A DNA stretch of 64,000 bases from Orbicella franksi (Eukaryota), in NCBI GenBank assembly GCA_964199315.1, contig OZ116699.1, positions 28,582,001 to 28,646,000 of the forward strand. The letters run 5' to 3'. How positions within the stretch are numbered: position 1 is the stretch's first letter; each line of letters starts with the position of its first letter. Of this stretch, positions 38,601-50,600 are shown piece by piece. The notes under the pieces are model-generated. The model had not been told where the DNA came from. It worked only from the letters and a program-made list of their open reading frames with translations, and ran no database searches. Position numbers and translations under genes: made by a program.

Positions 38601-41600
38601 TCAAAGCTGATCAAGCGAACTTCGCCTTTCACCTAAAGCGTTTGCAGATCCTTCGATAGCTACCATCGCTTGCAATTACATGAGGTAATCCAGGCAGCCA
38701 TTACTGCACTGAAAACGGTCGTTCTTTTCTCTGTCTTCAAACCAACGGTGGATGAATTATGACAAGATGAACAAGTCAAACGACACAAGCGTCTCGGATC
38801 AGGTTTGTCGATCCGATATCTCCTCCGTGACTCAAGCGATAGAGGTGTCTTTATACATTATCGTAATGCTGGTGTCTTTGATCGGGAACGCCCTTATTTT
38901 TGCCGTTGTTTATAAGAGTCGACGAATGCGCACGCCGGTGAATTTCTTTGTCGTTAACATGAGCATAGCAGATATTCTCATCACTGTGTTTTACATGCCA
39001 AGAATGATTTCCAGGATTTGGTTGGGCAGTGAGTGGGGCATTAGCGGAGGACTCGGCCATTTCCTTTGCAAAGTCGTCCCTTTTACACAAGAACTTTCCG
39101 CTTCTGTGTCAGTGTTAACTCTCATTCTTATGGCGGTGGATCGATTTTTCGCGGTCTTGTTTCCCTTTAAACGGACCTTCACCAACACCGTGGCGTACAT
39201 TTCCATCGCTTTTGTGTGGCTAACTGCCATGGCTGTTCGATCACCAATGTTCTACGGTCTTCGCTTCGTGCAACAAGAAGACGGCAAAACATTCTGCTCT
39301 CTTAGACTGGACTCCGAAATAGCTTTCAATATTTACTCCAGGTTCGCATTTATTCTGTTCTACGTTATCCCGTTATCTGTGATCGTTGTGCTGTACGGTG
39401 CTGTACTAGTGTCCCTGAAGAAACGAAAACCTGTCGGCGTGGATTTGACCACAATACAGCGGAAATACAAAGATCGTTTGAAGCGCACACGTAAAGTGAT
39501 GAGTATGTTGTTTACCATTGTTTTTGTGTTCGCTGTGTTTTGGTGCCTTCACTTTTTCCTTCCCATCCTATTTGCACGCTACGGAGCAAAGGTGTGCGAG
39601 TTAATTTTTCCGGCGTTCTTCCTCGGTCATGCGACCAGTGCAATAAATCCTTGCATTTACCTTATTTATATCGAAAATTATCGACGCGGATTCCAAGCGA
39701 TTTTGAACCCGCTTTATCGGAGATGTTTTTCCCGCGTGACTTTTGCAAACTCCAGAGTTCTGCCCCAGGATTGTTCAGATGTTGTGGCATCAAGATACGA
39801 GGATAGTTACAATCTAAGTCTTACTCCCGGCACATTGGACTTTGAACGGACTGTCAGGCCCAGACCATTTGAAGACCTTACAGTTGCAGAGATTTAAGAA
39901 GACATTCACTAGTATGTAGAATAATAGTTTACTAAGGTAGACAAACATCCACGAAGTTTTAGTGAACCACGAAGAAGTAAGGATGGATTAGATTGGGAAG
40001 GATTAAGGCGGATTACGAATGACGAACGTGAACATTCGGCATCCGGCCATTAGATTGCTCCTTTGTTGGTCATAAGATTTTCTACCATGCTGTTATCATT
40101 CATTAGCTAACACAGGAATAACAATCAACAACTGACACAGAAATAATAATTCACATATTTTTTTGAAATATAATGGGCAAAATGGCTGTGTAGCTCAGGT
40201 GTAGTATGCACGCAGAAAAATACGTAAATATAGCAGAAGAACAAAGTTGCAACACAACTTACGGCCAAGTGATCTAGTGGCGTTATAAAGTAGGGAGAGC
40301 TATTCAAATTAATTATTTTTAGTGCTTCTACGTCCTGAGTGCAATACAAAGTTAGTAAATAAAAACGCATTTACTCTCAGATTTTCTTGGTTTAATGATT
40401 GTCTGATAATTTAAATCAAGCTCATGTCCATAGCATTGCTATTTTAAGCCTGGTTTTCACTACGACATAAGAACCAGTAGAAAGGACGCTTACAAAATAC
40501 GCCTAAACACACGGTAGTGACGACGCGCACAACACAAGCATAAGCACAAGCACAAACAGAACAACAGATTTTGTTCTTCTTATGTTATTGCTTATCACGG
40601 TCAAGCGGGAATGCGCTGATTTAAGCGTAAGTATAAGCAAAAGTCCACCATCTTGTTTTACTTTATCGAGGAGGTATGGAACCGAAAATCAGGCAATTAT
40701 CCATTCTGCGCGTGTCTACGTGCACGGCTTCTGCTGACTGCCAAACTGGACTCAGTCGATAGCCTTTTGGCTATGCTCGATTTTTTTCATCGAATTGTTT
40801 TCAAAATGGACAACTTGGTATGTTTGACTATTCCACCTTGATGGAATGCTTGTCTATGGGATGTTAGCTCCCCTTCCCCCATTTCAGTCATTGCATTGCT
40901 TCCACAAAGGCGCTTTAAGAGTAAATTATTTTAGTTACCTAATTGGAGGAAAAGATTCTATCCGCAATCCAAGACACTAAACGTTAGTCCTCCGCACCTT
41001 GTGCAATGAAGTAAGTACATTACATCAGCAGTCATTATCATCCCCGATTATGGCTCCTGCTTACATGGTATGTGTAAAACAGAAAATTGCTCCAATTTAA
41101 ACCGATTAAGTATAATGATTCAATAAAATGCGAGCAATTCGAACATCCCCAACCTCCAAGAAGACCGTTCTTTTCGTACCTTTCGTCCTCCTCTAAACGC
41201 CTTGTTTAATTTGGTCTAGAGTGGGGTGATTCTGCCGACTCTCCCCTCCCTTCACCTTCTTCGACAGTATGTTTCTGAATGTTTGCAAACGGCGTGTCGG
41301 AAAGAGCCCATTCAAATCTTGGAGTTTTTTCCTGCTCGATTACAAAAGGCAATTTTTGGGCTTCACAATTAAAGCCAACATTTCTTTCTCATAGTTCTTC
41401 TTCCCTTTCTAAGGTGCTTGTTGAAGACTTATTTGGAGAAGCTGCAAAAGAGCGAGAAGTGGAAAAGATTGCCAACAAGCTTCCTGAAGCGAAGACATGC
41501 AAGAGCTTTGATACTTTTGAGATTCTTGCTAAATTTGCAGGAACGCGATCCTTGACTGGTTTGGTTTCTCCTTTGAAAGAGGTGGGTCTTAATTTCAGTA

Positions 41601-44600
41601 TATCATCAGCACACTAACAGACGAGAAACATCTCTCTTTTGGTATGTCTCATTTCTGAGAATGGTTTAGCCCGCGGTTTTCGTCAGGACGTGTCTGAGCA
41701 CGATAACTTGTAGTTGTGCTGCCATGCTAATGTGGCGTGGTACTCGCGCTGGTTTCTGGTTCGCTTGCTCGCATAACCCGAAAAGCGGGGTATTGCCTGA
41801 ATAGACTACTGTAATTAAATTGCTAAACAGTGAACGATGACGAAAGAGCCTTTTACGTTTTGCAGGTTCTTGATTCGACGCAAAGTCACAAAACGGCTCG
41901 TCGAGTTGAAGAGGTTCTGCGAAGGATTGGAGTGGGACTGCAAACAAACTCCAGCATAACTCCACAGATACTGCTCATGTTTATCCACGGAATTACTCGT
42001 GAAAATATTCCGCTTTTGAAATCAAAACCAGAGTAAGTATTGGAGATCCCATTACCGGCCCAGATCAAATTAATCCCACATCATTGCGTTAAAATGTGTT
42101 ACACCTTATAGGTTTCACTTGTCTTTTTGGGACCATGGTAAAACAAAACTTTCTCACATTATGCTAAAACTATCTTGCTTATCTATTTCTTTCAATGTAG
42201 CGAAAAGAAAGAAGCTTCAACGCAAGCAGACCCAAGACAGCGCCCTGGTAGCTCATTGCTGTTACCGCCTGCCCCAACACGTGGAGGAAACGCCCCCCAG
42301 ACCAGCACCAAGACGAATCACCACATTCTGGTCGAGTTTGGTCTTCAGGTACGTGAGCAACCTTTTTGATCCTCGGCTGCGAGGTCTCTGGTACTCGAGA
42401 CATTAGCACTAATAACCTAGAATTCAGTGTATCTATAGATCGTTTTCGTGTGACGTTATCAAGTTCTAATATCCAAAACAAAAGAGCCACATAAGTTTTA
42501 TCCTCATCAGGCATAAGAGGTGCTACATTTATATCTGTTACAAATTTTCAGATGAATAGCGTCTTTCGTGTGGAAACCAGCGCAATTTTGAATAAAGTTA
42601 AGATCACGTTTGTCAAAAAAGATGCAGTCAAACCTCTCCATAACGCCCACCTTGGGGAAATGGTCGTTAAGGAGAGGTGGCCGTCATGTAGCGATAGAGG
42701 GTAACACATTTTTATATTTAAAATTGCTGACTGAAGCATAGAAATACCCGACACAATCAAAAGAAATCAAGAAAACAGAAACCAAACAGAAACAGAGACC
42801 AACGACGGGCCTGCGATCAAGTTTCATGATATTTTACAATATAACACGGGGTTTGGTAAACACCATTCGTCAGCCGTTGATTAACTGGCCGTTATAGAGA
42901 AGTTATTTTGGCGGTTGGGACGCGCTTAAGTGGCCGTTGCCGTTGTGGACAGGTGGTCGTTGTAGAGAGATTAAAATAACAGTAAATGTATGGACTGTCC
43001 GCCGGGACAAAAAAATAGTGGCCATTGTGGAGAGGTGGCCGCTGGTGGAGGTTCGACTATATATTATTTGCCTCGTCATTTTTAGCCATTTGAAAAGTTA
43101 AAGCAGGTAAAGTATTTTTCGTAAATGTTTGTTTGTCCAGTACAGATAATCAGTGGTGTAGACAACCAAAGTAAGTTTCAGATGCTTACAGTATTTTCTG
43201 GCCGCCATATTGGTGGACCACGGAGGAACACCAACATGGCGGCTCCATACTCGGATTCGTAAATTTGTGCGAAACATTTCGACGAGCAGCGCAAACTCGG
43301 GATAATTCACAAACCTAAAACTTGGAGAAACAATTATTACTTTGTCTGAGATACTGTGAAGTTCTAAGTTGTCAAGACCGGATTGTTTGATTTCCAGCGT
43401 AAACGTCCGAGTATAGAAAGTGAAGATAGGTTAATGGTTGTTAAGGAGTGTCGCTGATGGTATTTGTGTTCATTATAACGTTTTAGTTACTGTATATGAT
43501 GCTCAAACACGGAAAAATCTCCTCGTCAGACCAGGAACATCAGCAAATGGTGGATCCTTTCGTAGGATTACTCACCGACTGCCTGAAGTCCAAATATAAC
43601 AAGGTATGAAGCGAAAAAAAGGCTGAACATCTCTTGTTCAGGTTTTGCTTTTCACAGAAAGCTAAGACGATCCTTGTTGTGTTAAAATCTTTGCCCGAGA
43701 AAGGTGATCTTTGGTTCTTAATTCGGCCCTTATTGTTTATTTACCACCCCGCCCGGTTCACCAGATTCCCATTTAGACGCTCGGTTTCAAGGGTCATTTC
43801 GAGGTAAGGGGGTTTCTGTTTATGGTGTAAGGGGCGGGGGGGGGGGGGGGAGGACTGGGGTGGGATTGGTCCTATTCATAGTTTTATTATTCCCCGTATA
43901 ACTCCCACACGCAAAGCTAGATGAGATTGCCTCGCGGCTTCGTTCTTCTCTCGTGATCAGTTTTGCTTATTGTGCATTCAGGTTGTAACCATCTCTCTCC
44001 GTTGTGTAAGCTGGCTGGTTAAGTTTCCGCTGCCCTCGCTAAACCGCTGTGTTCCTACAATTGGAAAATTGCTCTTCAACTTACTCAAGAATTACGCAAA
44101 AGCCGGAGCAAAAGTTGGAGAGAATTTTGAAATGGTTCTCTCGGCCTTTAAGGTAAATGAAATTCTAGACGTATTCCTATTATATCTTCTTTTGTGTTTT
44201 TAACTTAATACTCTCAAAAAACAGAGAAATATGACTATTATGAGAGATATAAAGGCGTTACAAGGGCATAGCTTGAACGAAAGGAAACAAAACATTAGTT
44301 ACAATAACGTGGCTCTTATTCAAGTTTGAAAATGAGCTAAAAACACTTCAAGTACTTCAACAGAATGTAAATCAATTCATTGATTTTTTTTTTTTCCGGC
44401 GTTATCAGCGTAGTATTTAATTTCATTGTCATCCCCAGGCCATGACGGTGATCATACGGGACTTCAAACAATACACGGTTGCCGAGAAGCATCTACAGGT
44501 GCTGTTAGGATTTGTTGAGGAAGACATCCATGACCACACAAAACAAGGAACAGCATTTCCTCTTCTTAAGGTTGGTTCTTAACAGTCTTAGAAATTACAA

Positions 44601-47600
44601 CTGAAACTACCCGGGTATAGCGGGGCCTAATCAAGGCGGGCATTGCAATAAATTACACATTAGGTCACAGTTATTATATGGCTACTGTTTATAGCCGATC
44701 TAACGCGCGCTCTAATTGGCTAACTGTGGGGCATTATTCTCTCGTAATGCCCACGGGCCAATTACGGGCCGGCAAAAACAGAGCAAAAAGCAATACAATA
44801 AACAATTTATTAACCTCGAACATTCGGTCTTTGCGGGAAAATCTCAAACCGCGGCCTTGCAGTATTGACCTCATTATCGCTCGGCCAATACTCGGTTTGA
44901 GATTTTCCCGTAAAGATCTCACTCTCGGTTAATAAGTAGTTATAAAAAACGAATAATGTAATTTGTGATGATCTTAAATTAGCATAAATTACTATTTTGC
45001 CGGCACGGACCAGAGGGCTGGGTACGGGTTTGAGGTGCGCAGTGTATAGTGGGATTTGAGTTTGTAATCGGTGACAGTTGGCGAGGTGAGACATTCTATG
45101 GCCGGCCTTTGCCGTGTTTAGGTTAAGTTTGGTTTTCTTTTAATAATATCATCAGTTGTAATCCACTGTTGTACGTTTATTTAGTTCTCTTATTGCTATT
45201 ATATCGCTGTATAAAGCCTTAGGTTTATTATTCTACAGTACTGATGTTAACTAAGGATACCCTAAAACCACGAGGGTTGCACCACTGCCTTGGTCGGGCG
45301 TACACGTTCCCAATTTTCTCCACTTGCTGGTTTTAGGGTTTTCGTGTCCGGCTTTGGTGCACTTAGCAATTGTCTTTTTATTCATAGCTTGTATTATATG
45401 CTGAGATGGAATAAACGGGACGATGGCTTGGCTGGCCAACGCACCCAATTTAATCACTGTCTAGTGTGTCCGGATGTGTAGTGGAGGCAAAATAAATAAA
45501 ATTAACAAACACATAAGTACAGTGAGTCGAACTAGTGATATTTCAGACAGGTAGGACTAATGATGAAAAGGGAAAGTTACAATAAATACAGTCATGAAAT
45601 ACAATAATAACAATAGGTATTCAATTTCAAGACTAAGGAATGGACTGTGAAGAGCAATTTATGAATTTGTCTTTTAAAACAGCCTCTTCGTAAGTTTACG
45701 CCAATCAGAATGTAAACAATAACATAATCTTGTGCAAAAACTGTAAAAAAGACTTTAAATTTACGTTCAATATCACTGCGCTAACATATGAATTCTTTGC
45801 TGCAGAGAATCCGGTGTTATGTAGATGAACGTTAAATGAGCGAGTAAAGGGTTCACAGATATTCTTGAAACGGCCTTTCATTTTAACTGAAACAACAATG
45901 TATGGGAATCTTACTGAAATGTGAGTTGACTTGACTTTTTCTTTTTGTTCCAGGCCATCCTTTCAAGGAAACTCACAGTGCCTGAAATCCATGACGTCAT
46001 GTGGAAGGTGGGGCAGCTGTCAATCACTGGAAGCTCACCTTCGGTTCAGCTTCAGTGCAGACAGGTACAGAAAAATAAAATACTCTTTCCCATCTAGGAT
46101 ATATTTACTCGCTACATTTTCTGTTTTAAGAAATAATTTTGTGTTTTTTTTACTGATCTTAAAGGAGCTCAGTCATAGCATTATGAGTTATTTTGGTCGC
46201 GTACAAAATTGTCTTTAAATTGAAGGAAACCTGAAAATAGTAGTTTGCTAAGCTAAACTCCAAAGAGGAAATCATAAACCATGAAGGAACCATTGTAGTT
46301 AAGGATGGAGAAGATTAACACGGACTGCAAACGACGAACTTGGAAAATCTAGACTAACTTTTTCAAGTTCATTTTCAGTGTATGTTGCAGTTCCTTCTGG
46401 ACTATCCACTGGGCACTAAGCTGCAAAGATACTTGGAGTTTTATGTTTCTCAACTGAGGTAAGTCCTCCGATATTCCGTTGTCGTTCTATGAAACATTTG
46501 CCTGATCAACATAACTCCATGGAAATTGATCTTGTTTGTTCGTTTACTCACTCAAGCTATGAACACGAGACAGGTCGAGAATCAGCACTAGAGATGTTGG
46601 AATCCATGTTTTCTTCATTTCCTGAGGTGAGATTTCTTTTAAAGTCCATCTGGTAACCAGAGAGGACGTTACGTTGACCGGTTTATAAGGTAAAAGTGAC
46701 ATAAAGAGTGACATACCGAGTCTGCCGAATAAGCGTAAATCTACACTACTTTCTTTTCCTTTCCCCTGTGCAGAGTCTCCAGTTAGTATTGTAGCTGAGT
46801 CATACACTATGTTTTGTTTCCTTCCCTTTTAGTCGATGCTGATTGAGTACGCTGGTTTCTTCTTTGTACCACTGACCTCTCGCTTGGTGAATGATGACTC
46901 GGCCGCTTGCCGTAAGCTGACAGCTCTTGCAATCAAGTCACTTCTTGCCAAAGTAAGCCAATGGATTTGGGAGTCCCGAGTCATGGTCATAGTGCTACGT
47001 TATTTGTAAACCCAGATAGTAAAGTAAAAAGTTGCACCCGCTAGGCTTCATTTCCTCCCCCCCCCCCCCCCCACACCCCTCCCTCGCTAGTTTGTGATGT
47101 TTTCTTTTCTCATTGCCTATCTGCTAGAAGTGGATTATTGTTTTAAAGAGAAATGTGTTATTGCTCATCGTTTAGAATATGAACTTTAAATCATCAACCT
47201 TACGCTGCCTTTGGCAAGTTTTACTGTGGTTCTCTCTAAAGCTGCCTTCACCATTCAGGATTTTATTTCAAAAACAATATCCTTCAGATATTTTCATTTC
47301 CTGTTCTTCATCTTCAGATTGATGCCGACCAGCGACAGAAGCTATTTTCGATCGTACTGTTATGGTTCAAAGATGAAAAGGTAATATGTGTCATCTAAGT
47401 GTAGATTGAATAAAGTGTCGCACTAAAAAAAAAACACGCATTACCCCTTACAAAAGTTCCTTTAATTCTTAAAGCATAAAAACCCTGACTTTCCCATAAA
47501 CATGAATACAGCAGCTGAATTTTTACGTTGATAACTTATTAGCACTTCCTGTTTGGTCAGAACTGGAAGTCTGTCCCTTTTTCTTAGGGTATTATATAAA

Positions 47601-50600
47601 CTACTCGCTATATACTTGGTAGTGACATTAACAAAGTTGGTAGAAAACTAGAACACGTAGGTGAACAACTTTTAAGAGAATAAAATTTCACAGAGCATCA
47701 TTTGGTGAGAAACTGATACTGCTTATTAAGCAACCAGAATGCTTTTTGCAAATGACGAAAACTTAAATTATATCCTCATCTGCTTCTAATCCAAAAAGGT
47801 TTCATAGCATTCCCGAGAACGATTCGTCACACTGCTGTTTTCGTAAGGCTTTTTCTAAATTTATCTTTTGCTTGGTGTTACTGAAGCTATCTTAATTTAT
47901 TTCAGTTTCACTCGGTCAGGAATAATATGAATAACACGACTGTTAGTAACTCGATAAACAGCAAAGTGCTCCTCGAATTGTCTCCTTGAGAGCTTGTTTC
48001 ACTTCATGAATCTTCCAGCAGTAAAGAAACGGGTTCAATGTGGAGTTAAAGTAAAATAGCGTCACTGTTATATCCCAAGCGAGATATTCTGATGAAGACA
48101 GTCTGCCATTACTGAACAAAGCTACCACTCTACCGTATGGTAGACGGTAGACAACTAAAGCACACTGCACCTGCATTGCACTTGACACTACCTTTTTGTA
48201 TCGGGCTATGTTCAATGGAATTGGTTGGCTCTGTTGGCCTTGTTGAACATGGTTTTGTACCTGAGTCTGGTGATGACGAAGGGTGAGGGAAATCTTTGTT
48301 TATGAGACGAATGTCTAGACCACCATTATTAGAGACCAAAGCCTAAAGCTGCTTCCCAAGTTTGTAGGTCGGTCGTTCGGTTGGTCCTCACGGAGAAAGA
48401 GTGTGGTGGTGGCTTTGTAACCTTCTCATTTTTTGGGGGTGATTTTTTGTTTCATTTTCATAATTTTTCAGTTGGAGCAAAAATTGAGAAGACACTTTTT
48501 CTTTTAGCAAAAATCTAACCCTATCCCCCTCAGCACAACTCCCCCGCCGGTACATCAAAGACGGAAGGACAGGTCTGCTCCCAGGGTAAACGCTTAATTC
48601 AATGCGTCCCAGTCTTAAGCAGTCTTTACCCGCTTTTGCGTTTGAAATTTTCCAACCTTATTGAACTATTATCTCGCCGATTTTCTTTTAGTTGAAGGTT
48701 ATTGTCAACTTAGCGAAAACAAATCGTAAAACAGGTCACTCAGTACGGAGAAAATATGCAGCTGCATCAAAATCTAAGTTTAACTTTTATTTTACGTTCA
48801 TATGTGACTGATTTTCTTCGATCGAATTCTTCTTTTGTAGATCAGTCTTCAGCGTCTTGCTGCTCAAGTCAGTGGTTTGGTCGTTGAAGTTGAAGAAAAG
48901 AACTTTGAAAAACGACTTGGAACTGTGTTACCACTTGTTGCCAGCCTTATTTCTCCAGACCAGTTTAAAATGGTAATCTACTAGTGATGAGTCATGCTTT
49001 TCACTTCTCCAAAGACTGATACACCGAGTCAGAATCGTATCGTATTTACCTTAGTTGAAGGAAAACGAGATCGACTGTTTTCATACTGGAGAACCATGGA
49101 TTATGCGTGTGCTATTTTAGGCGTCTTCTGTAAACCTTTAACTCGTCAATCAAGATGTACAGAAGCAGATGGTTCGTCTTGTCGAATTATCCGTCTCCTG
49201 GCCGATTTTATACTCGCACGCATAACCATGCGGACGGATGATTCGTCTGACGCACCAAAAACCACTTGCCCAGGCTGTCCAGACTGTTCACGTGTCTCTG
49301 ATATCTGCCACTCAGAGTCGTGTTGAAGGAGGACGCAAATGGATTGAGTGATGATTTGATCAATATTTTAAATCTCCTTACATTAGCATTAGCAAGATTT
49401 TTCTCCCACTTCTCAGAACTGACATGAAATTCAAAGAAATATGTGGCAATCTTAAGAAGAGTTACTTGTCGGGAACTGAAAGTATTTTGTAAACGGTTGA
49501 TGTCCTGAAACCGGCGTCCCGTAATTTGTCCTGAACATGAAAGCATATTCCCATTCCAAACAACGAGTATGTGTGCCAAAAATATGGTATGTTGTTTTTC
49601 TAACTCGGTGGAAATGTACTTGTCTAGGAGGAGCCTGTGGAAGAAGACGAGCAAGTTAGCAGCTCCGAGGGCCTCCACCGGATCAAAGATCACCTTCTTT
49701 TCAACACGCTCTCGTTTCTGGTGAAAGTGACTAAACATTGCCAGGTTATCAAGAACCCGAGCAGACAACAGGATATGACGCAGATCTGGGGTAAGTGGTC
49801 TTTTCTAACAGAAAGCATGGGATCGGAAAGTCGTCGTCCAGCCACCCGGAAGGTTTTCGACTCCTATTGTCCAATCAGAAATAGTACGAGCATTCCAGAA
49901 TTGTGACGTCAGCTTGTCATCAGGATGCGTCATAGCAACACTTTTGCCAAAAAACGCGCGTTCATTCGATTCAAGAGGGACTTCTAGTGACTCAAGTTGT
50001 TGAATAAATTTAAGCACGGCCTTAAAATGCTCTCAGAATCTGCAATATTTAGTACAATACACTCCATGTCCAACTGTCCTGACAATAGTTTTCTTCAATA
50101 CAACGTGATTCCGACAGCCCATTTCTCAGAATCTACGTGTTGAAATATTTCTTACAATATACTTGTTAATGCTTTTTTTGTTACTCATATTCCATGACAG
50201 AATCTGTGGAAGCTCACTTACTTCATCCGCACGCCTGGGTACGACTATTGTCCAGTCGATTACTTGGTCTTCTTTTTGCCGCGTGGAAACCCGAAGAACT
50301 GGTAGCTGGTTACGAGGAGGGAACTACGTCACTTGATTATCTACAGGAGGATTTACCAACAAAGGTTTAACTCTTGTTGTTTTACTAGTAGTTATTCTTT
50401 TTAGGACATAACCATGGCCACTTCGTTAGAATTACTAACTGCGAATTGTTAAACCAATTTTTACTCTCAAAACCTCTCTTGAAACAAGTTATTTTTCAAT
50501 TACCTCTGTTTCACGTTTAATGAGCAGTAACTTACCCGTTTATAATGTCGAGCAAAAGTTACTCCATTCTCAGTTACTCGCTTCTTTTTGCTGCGTAGGT

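Noticed and set aside
48985-49425. Box C/D snoRNA candidates (GTGATGA...CTGA at ~48985 and ~49347) in intron 33
   Set aside because: No terminal stems and no rRNA complementarity I could recognise; these motifs occur readily by chance.
49208-49768. 186-aa minus-strand ORF
   Set aside because: Starts antisense to UTP20 exon 34, with no recognisable domain or ATG context.
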